Below, in pieces: positions 16,450 through 27,400 of a stretch of DNA of 40,742 nt. This DNA comes from Micrococcaceae bacterium. GTDB taxonomy: Bacteria > Actinomycetota > Actinomycetes > Actinomycetales > Micrococcaceae. Location: positions 1 through 40,742 of the forward strand of contig JAUNVO010000003.1 of assembly GCA_030540695.1 (NCBI GenBank), in the 5' to 3' direction. The notes beneath the pieces are model-generated. The model ran no database searches, was not told the DNA's origin, and saw only the letters and a program-made list of their open reading frames with translations. Both the position numbers and the translations under genes were made by a program. Each line of letters begins with the position of its first letter. Position 1 is the stretch's first letter.

Positions 16450-19400
16450 CTAACCCAAAATGATGCTCGTGGCCACCGCCGGGGAACGTCCCGAGGCAAC
16501 GAATCCCGAGACGTTGGACTCGGGGTGCTTGATGATGTCGCAGACCGATCCCAGGTGCCTGGAGAGATCGATCTTGTCCTCCGGGGCCGCGAGCAGCAGC
16601 TGGAAACCGAACTCCTGCAACGCATTGATGCCTGCTGCGGCATATTCGGAATTCGCCTGGATGAAGGCTTCATCGATCATGACTGTTCCGTAGGCGGTGA
16701 ATCCGGCGGTGGCGAAGCCCAACTGGTAGGCCAGTGCGGCACCCATGATGAAGGAGGTGAACCGTTGACCCTCACCGCCCGAGAGGGTGCCCGGTTCCAG
16801 CCCGGTTTCGATTTCTCCGTTGGGTTTGTGCTCGTTGCAGCTGATGCTTACATGCTGGCGCACGTCGAGAACGGTGTCACGCCACGCGGCCCGCGAGGAA
16901 TCATCCAGCGCGTCAACCAAGGCCTCCAGGGCCTTGTAGCTTTCACTCAGTGTTCCTGCCCCGCGTGAGGAATAGGCCCCCGCAAGGGCTTCCTTCAGTG
17001 CTTGTCGGAAGGCCCGGGCCTCATCCGGGATCGTGGTGGAAACCTCGAGCGCCAATTTGGAACCGTGTTCAAAGGGAACGTCGGACAGGATCTGGTTCAG
17101 CGGGGAAATTCGTTCCACGATCGAGCGGCGTTCCTCCTCCAGCAATTGCAAAAGGTCCGAGAAGCGTTCGTAGGACCGGTTGGAGAAGTATTCCCGGAAC
17201 TCCTCCTCATGCTGGGGAAGGCCTTGTTCGATGATGCCTTGGTGCAGGGATACATAGTGCTCGGCGGATTCGACGCCGGTTCCGAAGCTGGCGGCCGCCG
17301 AGTTTCCGAATTCCCTGGCAAAGGACTTGAACGTGTCCTTCAGGGAGGATTCCAGCGTGTAGGCCTCGCGCTTGAGCGCCGCCCCGGACTCGGAGAGGGC
17401 AAGCGCCAACGCGTTCAACGCGGCTTCCAATTCGGAGGTGTCCACGTGGGAGCCCTCGTCCAGGCGCTTGAGCAGCGGGGCGAGCTGATCGCTGGCGGAG
17501 AGCTTCTGGACTGCCCAGTCCTCGGTTTCGGTGTTGCGCACCGCGGCGGATCGCAGCGCCGAGCGGGACCGCTCGAGCGAGGCCGAAAGCGTGGCTGCCT
17601 CGGCGCGTGCCACGGCCAGGGCCCCCACGCATTCCTCAAGTTCCCCGCGTGCGCCATCCAGGGCCCGGCGCACGTGGGACAGGTCCCCGGATTGAGCCAG
17701 TGCCTCGGCCATGCGGGCTTCGAGGTCCTGGAGCAGGTGCAGCGCACCGGATGCATCGAGGGAGGCGAAGCTGCGATCGTCGCTGGCCAGCGTACCCAGC
17801 AGTGAAAGCTTGCTGGTTAGCTGCTCCTTGGCCGCAGAGCGCTCGTCGGCGACCGCGGAGGCCCGGGCGATCTCGGCTTCGAGTGCTTCAAGGGTTGTCT
17901 GCAGCTCGGAGATCTTCTCCGCGTTGGTGAACCCGAGTAAGTAGTCGGAGGCGGCAACGGGACGGGTGTCGCGTTCAAAGGTGCCTGCGCCGGTCTTGAT
18001 GGTTCCGGCCAGGGAGATCGCCTTGTCGTGGATGTGGAGTCCGCCGTCGGTTTCCACGCAGGCCAGGGGATAGTCGGCGGCGATCTTGGCACGCAACCAT
18101 GAGCCGGGCGCCGAATGCTTGAAATCAAGCTTGCCGACCAGGTCGCCGGGGCCGGGGACGACCTCGCGAGGGGTTCTGGAGATATCCATCCAACGGATCC
18201 GTCCCAGGCCCGAGAGGGAATCAATGGCACGGGTGACCGACTTGTTGTCCTCTCCGCGCACCAGCAGCGTGGTGGCCAGTGAACGCAGTGCCTTTTCGGC
18301 GGCCGGCCGCCATTGCCCGTGGGACGGGGAAAGATCGATCAATTCGCCGGCAAAGGGGAGATCCCCGATATCCAGGTTGGTTGCGGCGGCAATGGCACGC
18401 CTGGCGGCAATGGAGCGGTCATCGATGTTTGAACCGCGCTTGGCGTAGGAGTCGATTTGGAGCCGCAGCTTCTTGGCCCGGTCCTTGAGGTTCATCACCC
18501 CCGCCATGGCCTCGTACTCCATGGTGCGGGCGTCCTTGGCGATGGAGGCGAGGTTTTCCGCGCTGACCGCAGCTTGCCGGCGCATGGCTTGCAGGCCGGA
18601 TGCGGTGAAAGTGAAGTTCAGGCCCACGGCCTCGAAGTTCTCGCGCAAGGTGCGCAGCACCGACTCGCGCTCCGCCAGATTCCTGCGAGCGGTCTCGGCC
18701 TCGCGTTCGAGCATCGCCACGCCTGCGCCGCCGCCGGCCTCGTGTTGCTCGGTCAGTGAGGCGACCTTGGCTTCAAGGGTGCTCTTACGTGCCGCATTAT
18801 GGCTGATCAACGCGCTATTGGCCTCGACCGCCGAGGCGAGCATGGTGCCTTGGCCTTCCAGTGCACGGGTCGCCAACCGGGCGCCAAAGGCAGGAAGCTG
18901 CTTCGAAACCAGTGCATCGAGCGTGGCAAGCTCGGCGTTCAGCTCGTCGTGGCGCAGTTTTTGCTCGGGCACATCGGCCAATGCGTCGCGTTGGGCGCGG
19001 GCCTCCTCGAGCTGGCGATGGATCCCGCGCAGGTGGGAGAAGTCTTCGATGGCACCGGCGGCTGCCTTCATGGTGGCGGGGATTTCCAGGACCTCGTAGC
19101 GAAAGAACTGGTTGACGCCCTTGTCCAGGCCCTTGCCGTTTTGCAGCGTGCGCAGCAAGGAAAACGCCTTGTCGTTGTCGATGCCCAGGCGCCGGCGGAA
19201 CTTCTCGGCAAAGGTGCGATGCACATCGAACGCTTCGAAACCAGGCAGGGATTTCTGCAGCGACGACGGGGTGAAGCGCCGCGCCCCGTGGCCTTCCAGT
19301 GCTTCGGTGTCCAGGGCCCGGTTGCCCATGACATAGTGCTTGCCTACCTGGCCTTCCATGCCGTTGGCCGGCAGGTCGAAGATCGCACCGATGCATACGG

Positions 19401-19773
19401 AGGACCCCAGCCCGTCTTCGTATACCAGGGCCATGGCGCTCCACGTGGCTCCGGGGCGCTGGTAGAGGGTGCCGGCCTCTGTCTTGAACCGGCGTCCGCG
19501 CATGTAGGAGTATGTGGTGCGCCGGTCCTTGCGGGTGGATGCTTCGTGCGCCGATTCGTTGAGCCTCGGTGCGGCGTGGAAAATGTGTCCGATGCCGTCG
19601 AACAGGGTGGATTTGCCCACCCCGGGGTGCCCTGTCAGCAGTGTTCCGGCACGGTCAACGTGCAAGGTGTGCAATCCGTGGAAGGTTCCCCAATTGATGA
19701 CCTGGATCCGGGTCAGGCGGTGTTGTCCGGGATTCAGCGCGTCGGAGAGCGGGAGGGTCATTTCAATGCTCAT
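16450..19773 (-). CDS. jetC: Wadjet/Mks SMC-like ATPase (JetC/MksB, 1107 aa)
   Basis: IQVINWGTF, Walker A GHPGVGKST, long coiled coils, hinge region LPFAGELI..WRPAAE, LSGGE signature, Walker B VMIDEAF. Confidence 0.88.
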   Translation of the reverse strand: MSIEMTLPLSDALNPGQHRLTRIQVINWGTFHGLHTLHVDRAGTLLTGHPGVGKSTLFDGIGHIFHAAPRLNESAHEASTRKDRRTTYSYMRGRRFKTEAGTLYQRPGATWSAMALVYEDGLGSSVCIGAIFDLPANGMEGQVGKHYVMGNRALDTEALEGHGARRFTPSSLQKSLPGFEAFDVHRTFAEKFRRRLGIDNDKAFSLLRTLQNGKGLDKGVNQFFRYEVLEIPATMKAAAGAIEDFSHLRGIHRQLEEARAQRDALADVPEQKLRHDELNAELATLDALVSKQLPAFGARLATRALEGQGTMLASAVEANSALISHNAARKSTLEAKVASLTEQHEAGGGAGVAMLEREAETARRNLAERESVLRTLRENFEAVGLNFTFTASGLQAMRRQAAVSAENLASIAKDARTMEYEAMAGVMNLKDRAKKLRLQIDSYAKRGSNIDDRSIAARRAIAAATNLDIGDLPFAGELIDLSPSHGQWRPAAEKALRSLATTLLVRGEDNKSVTRAIDSLSGLGRIRWMDISRTPREVVPGPGDLVGKLDFKHSAPGSWLRAKIAADYPLACVETDGGLHIHDKAISLAGTIKTGAGTFERDTRPVAASDYLLGFTNAEKISELQTTLEALEAEIARASAVADERSAAKEQLTSKLSLLGTLASDDRSFASLDASGALHLLQDLEARMAEALAQSGDLSHVRRALDGARGELEECVGALAVARAEAATLSASLERSRSALRSAAVRNTETEDWAVQKLSASDQLAPLLKRLDEGSHVDTSELEAALNALALALSESGAALKREAYTLESSLKDTFKSFAREFGNSAAASFGTGVESAEHYVSLHQGIIEQGLPQHEEEFREYFSNRSYERFSDLLQLLEEERRSIVERISPLNQILSDVPFEHGSKLALEVSTTIPDEARAFRQALKEALAGAYSSRGAGTLSESYKALEALVDALDDSSRAAWRDTVLDVRQHVSISCNEHKPNGEIETGLEPGTLSGGEGQRFTSFIMGAALAYQLGFATAGFTAYGTVMIDEAFIQANSEYAAAGINALQEFGFQLLLAAPEDKIDLSRHLGSVCDIIKHPESNVSGFVASGRSPAVATSIILG

Positions 19774-20429
19774 GGTTCTTCTGTCTCCAACTCGAATTCT
19801 TCGGTGTCAGGGGCACCAACGCGTTCAATGGCCTTGATATAGTCGGGGATTTCCTCGATGGTGGCGAAGGGCAGGGCCAGCGCCAGGGCGCCGGAGACCT
19901 TGTACTCGTCCACCAGCTCGGTGGGCAGGACGAGTTTGAGGTTCAGCAGCCGGGTGAGGGCCGCATCGGTGTTCTCCTCCAGCCGCTTGTCATCGGTGTC
20001 CCCGGGCAACCGGTGCTCCAGCAGGATATCCCGGGCGGCCTCGCGGGTGATGACTGCATCGGTGCCGGATCCGGCATGGCGTTCAAGGAGCAGGCGAAGC
20101 CGCAAGGCCAACAATGTCTCTTCGCGTTTCAGGGCGCGGCGCGGCGCAATGGCGGTGGTGTGCGCCGCGTCGAGCTCCACCGGACTGAGCACTGCGATCT
20201 TGCGGTTGGAGTCGATCTCCAGCGCCAGGAAGATCTCGGCGACGTACGCGGCGATCTCGGCACGGCGATCGAGCACCAGTTGCCACAATCGTGGTTCAGC
20301 GACACCGTCAAGGTAGGGACCGCGCAGCAGCCGGACCAACAGTTGGCGAAGGGGCAGTTCGAAGGAGCCGGTGTCACCGTCAAAGAGGCGACGCTCATCA
20401 AGGGCACCGGAGGGAAGGGGGCTGCTCAT
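19770..20429 (-). CDS. jetB: JetB/MksE KITE subunit (DUF4194-like)
   Basis: LFDGDTG..RQLLVRLLRGPYL..W..; RRALKREETLLALRLR; size and position between jetA and jetC with ATGA overlaps. Confidence 0.82.
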   Translation of the reverse strand: MSSPLPSGALDERRLFDGDTGSFELPLRQLLVRLLRGPYLDGVAEPRLWQLVLDRRAEIAAYVAEIFLALEIDSNRKIAVLSPVELDAAHTTAIAPRRALKREETLLALRLRLLLERHAGSGTDAVITREAARDILLEHRLPGDTDDKRLEENTDAALTRLLNLKLVLPTELVDEYKVSGALALALPFATIEEIPDYIKAIERVGAPDTEEFELETEEP

Positions 20430-21886
20430 GCGGGATCCTTTGTGAAGCTCATGGCCGGCACCGAAGCGGTTCGTGTGGTGCCGTCGACCTGGGTGAAGCT
20501 GATCTCCTCGTAGCGCGACTCATCGATGTGGTCCCCGCCGTTGCGGGCGGTTTCGATGAGGAACCTGATGGAGTTCAGGTGCCGGTGTTGCTCCGGGAGG
20601 CTGTTGTAGGTTTCGCGTAGCCCCACGCTTCCCCCGGCCGCGGCCCGGGCCGCGGTGATGGCGTTTTTCAGCACGGGGATGTCTGGGCCCGGGGTAGAGG
20701 GGGTGCGACGGATATCGGCGACGGACAACGGCGGCGGCGCCGCCAACCTCGGCGGGGCGACGTGCTCGTCCGGGTCATAGATTCCCAGTGCGGCAATGGA
20801 CGTGAAGCGCGGGGAATAGAGCCGGATCGGTGACACCGGCGTGCGCGAATGAAGGGCCCGCGAAGACGCCACGGCGATTTCCGCCGAGCGCACCGCTTCG
20901 CGAAGGATCGCCGCTTCCTTGAACTCGGCCGATTGCACGTAGGCGTGGAGGGACTCGGAAAGCCTTCCATAGGATTGATGGACTTCGGAAGCCTGACGGC
21001 GCAGCTCGCGCAACAGGTTTGCCAGCGTGTGGCGTTCCTGGGCGTCCAGCCCGTCCACGAAGTCGCGTTCAAGGACCTCGTTGACCGCCTCGCGGAAACG
21101 TGCCTGGGCCTGTGGGGAGTTCAGGAATTCGGTGAAACCTCGGAAGGTGTCGCCTTGGGGGGTGCTGCGCAGCTGTTTGTCGCCCTCCAGTACGGCTCCG
21201 ATGGCAACGCCCTTGACCGAGGAGGATTCCATGATTTCCCCGCGCAGGGCGTGGAGCATTTCCTGGACCCCGTCGCGCATGGCCTTGAAATCGGCGGGGA
21301 GCCCCGAGGCCATGTCGAGCACCGAACGGGTCGCCGCCACGGCGCCATCGCGCGGCAACACCGGCGGCGCACTGCCATCGCGCAGCGAAGCGATCTTTTC
21401 CTGCCGCTGGGCAATTTCCGATTCGAGGGCGCGGATGCGTGCGGCCGGGTCGGGATCGGTTTCGTGGGCCAACGATTCCAGGGACACCAACAAGGTATTC
21501 AGCCGTGAGGAGTTCAGGTTGGTCCTATCCCCGGAGAAATCGGCGAGGAATTTTAAGACACGTGCGGTCTGCGCCGTTGGCTCATAGGCGAAGTGGCCGT
21601 CAACCAAGGGGCGGGCAAGGAACTGGCTGCGCACCCAGCCATCGGCATACTGCGCAGCCGTCATCGAATCATTGAACGAAGGATCCTCGGAGCGCACGGC
21701 CTTGAGAAAGGATTCAAGGGAGGCGTGGAAGACTTCCAAGCCCACCCGGGGCTTGGCGCTGGTGAATTCAGCGCGGAGGAATGCCACGGCCCATGGGGCG
21801 CTGGAGAGCAGCTTCCAGGCTGCCGAAGACCTGAATTGTTGCGTCTGACTCCACAGCGGGCTGGCCTGGTGGGTAGGTCGCATCAC
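20426..21886 (-). CDS. jetA: JetA/MksF kleisin subunit (DUF3375-like)
   Basis: AWKLL..APW..FL, W..QFL, NSSRL, ETDPDPAARIRALE, LPADF, STPQGDTFRGFTEFL. Confidence 0.82.
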   Translation of the reverse strand: MMRPTHQASPLWSQTQQFRSSAAWKLLSSAPWAVAFLRAEFTSAKPRVGLEVFHASLESFLKAVRSEDPSFNDSMTAAQYADGWVRSQFLARPLVDGHFAYEPTAQTARVLKFLADFSGDRTNLNSSRLNTLLVSLESLAHETDPDPAARIRALESEIAQRQEKIASLRDGSAPPVLPRDGAVAATRSVLDMASGLPADFKAMRDGVQEMLHALRGEIMESSSVKGVAIGAVLEGDKQLRSTPQGDTFRGFTEFLNSPQAQARFREAVNEVLERDFVDGLDAQERHTLANLLRELRRQASEVHQSYGRLSESLHAYVQSAEFKEAAILREAVRSAEIAVASSRALHSRTPVSPIRLYSPRFTSIAALGIYDPDEHVAPPRLAAPPPLSVADIRRTPSTPGPDIPVLKNAITAARAAAGGSVGLRETYNSLPEQHRHLNSIRFLIETARNGGDHIDESRYEEISFTQVDGTTRTASVPAMSFTKDPA

Positions 21887-22055
21887 GGTCCTTCTGCTGG
21901 GGATTGACCAAACAATCCTAGTCCATCGGCGCGCCCGTTTAAGGTTGACCGGGAACGGGGTAGGGTCTGTTGAACCACACCTGCAGCTACCTGCGCGGCG
22001 GTAGTGCTTGCCGCGCGATTCCGGTCAACCCGGAAGAACACGTGAGGGGAAAGTG

Positions 22056-23363
22056 ATGAAACCACATATCCGCCTGGCCACCGCCGCGGCCTTCTTGAGT
22101 ACCGCGGGGCTCATCCTTTCCGGATGCACGACGCCTCCCTACATACCTCCGAGCCAGTACGATCCCACCTCCATCGGTTCGGCACCGCAGTCCCTGCCCA
22201 CCCCGGAGGCCGAAGACCAAGGCCCCACTGAAGCCGAACAGATCCAGGCTGCACGGAAAATGGCCGCGGGCTACGACTACGCGGGAGCCCAAAAGGCCGT
22301 GGCTGCGCTGGAAGGGGAGGCCGCGGACGCTGCACGAGCTGACTTTGACGAGGCCAAGGCCAAGACCGTCGTCTGGGAAGACAACTCGAACATTTCCCAT
22401 CTCTTTGTCCACTCGCTGGTTGTCGACACCAAGCGTGCCTTTGACGGGGATGACCGCCAGCAGGGCTACCTGGACTACATGGTTACGCTGGATGAATTCA
22501 AGAAGATGATTGCCGAGCTGTACGACCGTGGGTTCGTCTTGGTGAATCCCGCTGACATCGCCGGACTGGATGCCAAGGGAAAGATGACGTACAAGGACAT
22601 CCACCTGCCCAAGGGCAAGACCCCGCTGGTGCTCTCCGAGGATGACGTGAGCTACTACGAATACATGGAAGGCGACGGATTCGCCACGAAACTGCTGATC
22701 GACTCCGACGGCAAGGTCAAGAACGAGTACGAGGATGCCGCGGGCAAGAAGCACATCGGTGCCTACGACATGCCCCCGGTGATCGATGAGTTCGTGGAAA
22801 AGCATCCGGACTTTTCCTACCGTGGTGCCAAGGGCATCCTCGCGTTGACCGGTTACAACGGGGTACTGGGGTACCGGACCTCAGCGAGCGAGTATGCCGA
22901 TTCCAAGACGCTGGAAAAAGACATCAAGTCGGCCACCGAAGTTGCGGACGCCCTGAAAAAGGACGGGTGGGTATTTGCCTCCCATGCGTGGGGACATATT
23001 GACATGGGCAAGAGTTCTGTTCCGCGCGTGAAGAACGACCTGAAGCTGTGGGACACCGAGGTGCGCCCCATCCTCGGGGACACCGACCAGTTTATTTACC
23101 CCTTCGGCGCAGATATTGCCAGTGTCCAGAAATATGCCGGGACAAGGTACGATTTGCTCAAGAAATATGGGTTTGACTTCTTTTACGGGGTGGACGGAAC
23201 CACTCCGGCCTGGATGCAAAAGGGCGACAAATACCTGCGCCAGGCACGTATCAACATCGATGGATTGCAGTTCGCCAAGGAGAAACGCGGTGACCGGCCT
23301 GTGCTCAAGCACTTCTTCGAGGTCAAGGACGTCATCGACGCCGACAGGCCCAAATCAAAGTGA
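22056..23363 (+). CDS. Lipoprotein, polysaccharide deacetylase-like (CE4/NodB fold)
   Basis: Lipobox LSGC; PLVLSEDDVSY, FASHAWGH, FIYPFG; RBS GAGGGG before GTG 22053 / ATG 22056. Confidence 0.75.
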   Translation: MKPHIRLATAAAFLSTAGLILSGCTTPPYIPPSQYDPTSIGSAPQSLPTPEAEDQGPTEAEQIQAARKMAAGYDYAGAQKAVAALEGEAADAARADFDEAKAKTVVWEDNSNISHLFVHSLVVDTKRAFDGDDRQQGYLDYMVTLDEFKKMIAELYDRGFVLVNPADIAGLDAKGKMTYKDIHLPKGKTPLVLSEDDVSYYEYMEGDGFATKLLIDSDGKVKNEYEDAAGKKHIGAYDMPPVIDEFVEKHPDFSYRGAKGILALTGYNGVLGYRTSASEYADSKTLEKDIKSATEVADALKKDGWVFASHAWGHIDMGKSSVPRVKNDLKLWDTEVRPILGDTDQFIYPFGADIASVQKYAGTRYDLLKKYGFDFFYGVDGTTPAWMQKGDKYLRQARINIDGLQFAKEKRGDRPVLKHFFEVKDVIDADRPKSK

Positions 23364-23373
23364 CGGCGCTGAG

Positions 23374-24372
23374 CTACCAGCCGGCCGGGAATTCCTCGCT
23401 GTCGACGGTTTTTTGCTGGTGGGAGTTGTAACGGGCTCCGGCAACCGTTGACTGGTTGATGATTGCCCCGGCCTCGGCCACTTGTTCGGGGGAGAGCAGC
23501 AGGCCAAGTGCCCCGAGGTTTTCGGCCAAGTGGTCGCTGCGTTTGGTACCGGGGATTACGTGGACATGCTCGCCTTGTGCCAAGACCCATGCCAGGGACA
23601 AGGCCGCGGCCGTGGTGCCCAGGCGATTGGCCATGAGGACCAACCGGTCAACCAGCTCGAGGTTGTGCGGGTAGTTTTCGGCCTTAAAGCGCGGGAGGAA
23701 GTGCCGGAGGTCTTCGGCCGGCAAGGAAGCGGGATCGCGCATATTTCCCGAGAGGTAGCCGCGGTAGAGCGGAGAGAAAGCCACGAATGCGGTGCCCAGC
23801 TCGGCACAGGCCTCAAGGATTCCAAGCTCCGGGTTGCGGGTGGCCAGTGAGTATTCGTTTTGCACCGCGGCAATCGGATGGACTTGGTCGGCGATGCGCA
23901 GCGTGGAAGCCGAGATCTCCGACAAGCCGATGCCGCCAATTTTTCCGGCGGTCACGGCCTGGGCCAGTGCACCCACGGATTCCTGGACGGGGACCGCGGG
24001 ATCCAGCCGGTGCAGGTAGTACAAATCAATGTGGTCGGTTTGCAGGCGTTGCAATGAAGCATCAACCTCGGCCCTCAGGGTTTGGGGCCTGCCATCGATC
24101 TTTCCGCGCCCGTCGACCAGGGCCAGTCCGCCCTTTGACGCCAGAAAATACTCGCCACGTCGTTTATGCAGGTGCTGACCGATGAGGTTTTCGCTGCGGT
24201 GTCCGCCGTAAAGGGTAGCGGTGTCCAGATGGTCGACGCCCGAATCCAGGACCTCGTTCAGCAGTCGTCCGGCCTCCTCGTCGGTGGGGAATTCGGAGTA
24301 GCCATGGGTGATGTTCATGGCACCGAATCCCAGCGGGTTGACGTTTCTGGAAGCCAATACGCGAGTTGTCAT
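23374..24372 (-). CDS. Aldo/keto reductase
   Basis: LGFGAM, LDTATLYG, SLQRLQTDHIDLYYLHR, IGLSE, QNEYSL, IPGTK. Confidence 0.92.
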   Translation of the reverse strand: MTTRVLASRNVNPLGFGAMNITHGYSEFPTDEEAGRLLNEVLDSGVDHLDTATLYGGHRSENLIGQHLHKRRGEYFLASKGGLALVDGRGKIDGRPQTLRAEVDASLQRLQTDHIDLYYLHRLDPAVPVQESVGALAQAVTAGKIGGIGLSEISASTLRIADQVHPIAAVQNEYSLATRNPELGILEACAELGTAFVAFSPLYRGYLSGNMRDPASLPAEDLRHFLPRFKAENYPHNLELVDRLVLMANRLGTTAAALSLAWVLAQGEHVHVIPGTKRSDHLAENLGALGLLLSPEQVAEAGAIINQSTVAGARYNSHQQKTVDSEEFPAGW

Positions 24373-24454
24373 GGCTTAATGTCTAGCATGCGCCGCCGTG
24401 CGCCCGGACATTGCGGTGAATCATTGTGTCGATTCCAACAGAGCGGCTCCCAAG

Positions 24455-27400
24455 TCAAGCACCCAGCGCCAGGAAAGCACCGAGCTGAGAGAACGCTTCC
24501 GGGGTGCTTGGCAAAAAGTGTGTGAGGGCGGGCGATCGCACGATCACCGCACGCCATTGCCCGCGCGAGACCGCGACGTTGATCCTGTTGCGGTTCAATA
24601 GGAAGTCGATGCCTCGGGCGGCATCGTCCGCGGAGGAACAGGCCATGGAGACTATCACCACCGGGGCTTCCTGTCCCTGGAACTTGTCAACGGTCCCGAC
24701 CCTCACTTCTTCGAGCCCGGCGGCGTCGAGTTCGGTGCGCAACAGGTTGACTTGGGCGTTGTAAGCAGCAACCACCAAGACGTCTTCGGCGCACAGTGAC
24801 CGCGGTTCCTTGCCTTCGCCCTCGATCCAGGACAGGCCCATGTGGGCGTGAACCTGATTGATGACTTCGCGAGCTTCTTCCACCGAGGCGGTGGTGTTGC
24901 CCCGGTGGTCCACCAGGGCGGTGCTGACCCCGGCAGGCAGGCCGGACAGCGAACGTTTCGAGGCTGCCGCCGCTGAATGAAGTTTGGAGGAATAGCTCAG
25001 CGCGGAGACCTTTGCACAGAGTTGGGGGTGCATGCGCCACGAGTCGGCCAGGAAATAGCCCAGTTCCTCGGGCAGGGTGGGGTGTCCGGTGCTGAGCCAG
25101 CCAAGGGCCGACTCATCCACCGGCTGGGGATGGGATCCCTGGGTGACCTGCGGAAGCTGCTGCGGGTCACCGAGCAGCAACAGCCGGGTGGCGGCGCGGG
25201 AAACCGCCAACGTGTTGGCCAGCGAATACTGGCCCGCCTCATCGATGACCAGTAAATCCAGCGACCCTTCCGGCACCCTCCTGCCGGTCATCGTCCACGC
25301 GGTGCCCCCGATCAAGGCCCCGTCCGGGGAATCAAGCAATTCCTGTACCGCGTCGTCGGTGGTGCCGGACCAGGGGACCTGGGTCTTGTCCCCGCTCTTG
25401 AGCTTCTTTGCGACCTGTTCGGGGTGCACTCCGGCGTTGGTGATGGCCTTGGTCAGCACATTGTCGATGACCGCGTGTGACTGGGCCACCACTCCGATCT
25501 TCCACCCTTGCTTCACCAGTGCGGCAATGACGTGGGATGCCACGTAGGTCTTTCCGGTGCCCGGGGGCCCTTGGACAGCGAGGTACGAGTGGTCGAGGTC
25601 GGTCAGCGCCTCGACGATGGCGCCAACGACGTTGGGCTGGCCGTCGATCAAGGTGGGCCTCGGCGGCGCGGTGAGGCTCTTGAAACGCGGGGCCGACTTG
25701 CGCAGGATGTCGATGCCAGGATGCTTGGGCAGGGCGGGGAGGGCGCCGCCGACCATCCGGGCGAGCTCCGCCAGCGAATCGCGCAGGGACGTGGTGTTGA
25801 TGGGTTGGTCGGGGGTCAGCGCCAACGGCAGGGCGCCGAATGGTGCGACCTTTTTGCTGGACTTCTCGGCAATGACGAACCGTTCATCGTTTTCCTTCAC
25901 CACCGCGTTGAACAGGCCTGCGCGCTGGGCATTGCTGGGTTCCAGCTCCGGTGGCAGCGGTGCGCCGTACATGGCGAACCATGAGCTGCTGAGGCGGAAG
26001 TCCGAACCCTCGGCCATGGTGCCGGAAAGTTCGGTGAGACGGGTCTCGACCTGCGCCCGGGCAGAGGCCTTGTGCCAGTCCTCGATGATCCGGGCGTCAT
26101 CGACGAGGAAGACGTTGCGGGTGTCGGCCCAGGAATCGAAGGGAGCCTCGAGCCTGTCGAAGTGTTCCCACCAAAACTGCTTGGCTTCGCGGCGGTGGTA
26201 GCCGGTGGCCGCGGCGACCATGGCGATGGCCCGCTCATCGTCTTCCAGGATCCTGTCCTGTGGCAGGGATCCGAGGTATTCACGCAAGGCGATTTCCTCG
26301 GGGCTCGGCTCAACATCGTCAAGGCCGGGCAATTGCGCCTCGTCCACCCATGGTGTGTGGGGTTCGTGAGGGACCAGGGTTTGCAGCCAATCACGCAACC
26401 GCAAGGTCGAGAGGCAGTCATATTCGTTGTAGTCGCGGATGGATTCCAGGATCCGTTCCGCTTGCGCACGGTCGACGTCGAGCTGCTCGCGGTATTTGGC
26501 ATAGGCGACCACGGAGGATCCGGCGTCCAGCACCTCTCCGCCGCGCAGGTGCTCGCCCATGTAGAGCGGTTCGAGTTTCTTGATGGAGTAGGAGCGCTCG
26601 GAGATCAGCAGCGAGTGACGGACGGTGTCGTAGAGGTCGATGAGCAACCCGTCGCGCAACCACTGGTCAATGGTTTCCTCGCAGGCCACATGGCGTAGGG
26701 AAAGATTCCGCAGTGCGCTCTTCTCGTAGGGGGCGTAATGATAGATCTTCATCTTCGGGAAGATGGCCCGTCGAGCCTCGACGTAGGCGACGAAGTCGGT
26801 GAAGGCCTTGTGCTCTTCCGCCCGGGAATGTGCCCAGAACGGTTTGAATACCGGGTCAAGGGTGTCGATTTCGATGACTCCGAAGAGGTATTCCAGGCCC
26901 CAGGAACCATCGAATGGATCCTGCCACAACGGGTCTCCCTCGAAGTCAAAGAAGATGTCCCCGGCGTCGGGTTCCGGGAGCCGGGAAATGGTTTGACCCG
27001 CATTGACCTTGTAGGCAACCCCTCCAATGGTCCCGTCGGTGGCCGCAAGGCCGACTTGCATGCGGGCCTGTTCGGCAAGCTTGTGGTGCGGATCGCGCGC
27101 ATTGGTGTTGCTGGCAGCAAGCTCGTCAATGGTGGTGATTCCGTCTTCGATGAGCTTCTTGCGTTTGCCCGAGCTCATCGAAGCCACCAGCAGCAGATCC
27201 CTGTGCGCTGCCACCTGCTGCGCACAGTAGTCGCAGCGGCCGCAAGCACCGAGCCCCTCCTGGCCCCAGGCGACCGGGGCGCTTGCTGCGCGATGGGCGG
27301 CGGTGAGGGCCTTGAACCGGGTGCGGCGGTCCTGGAATACCGGCAGGAGTTCATGCATCTGGTGCACCGAGTGCTGGTTGTCGCCAAGAACCAATGTGGT

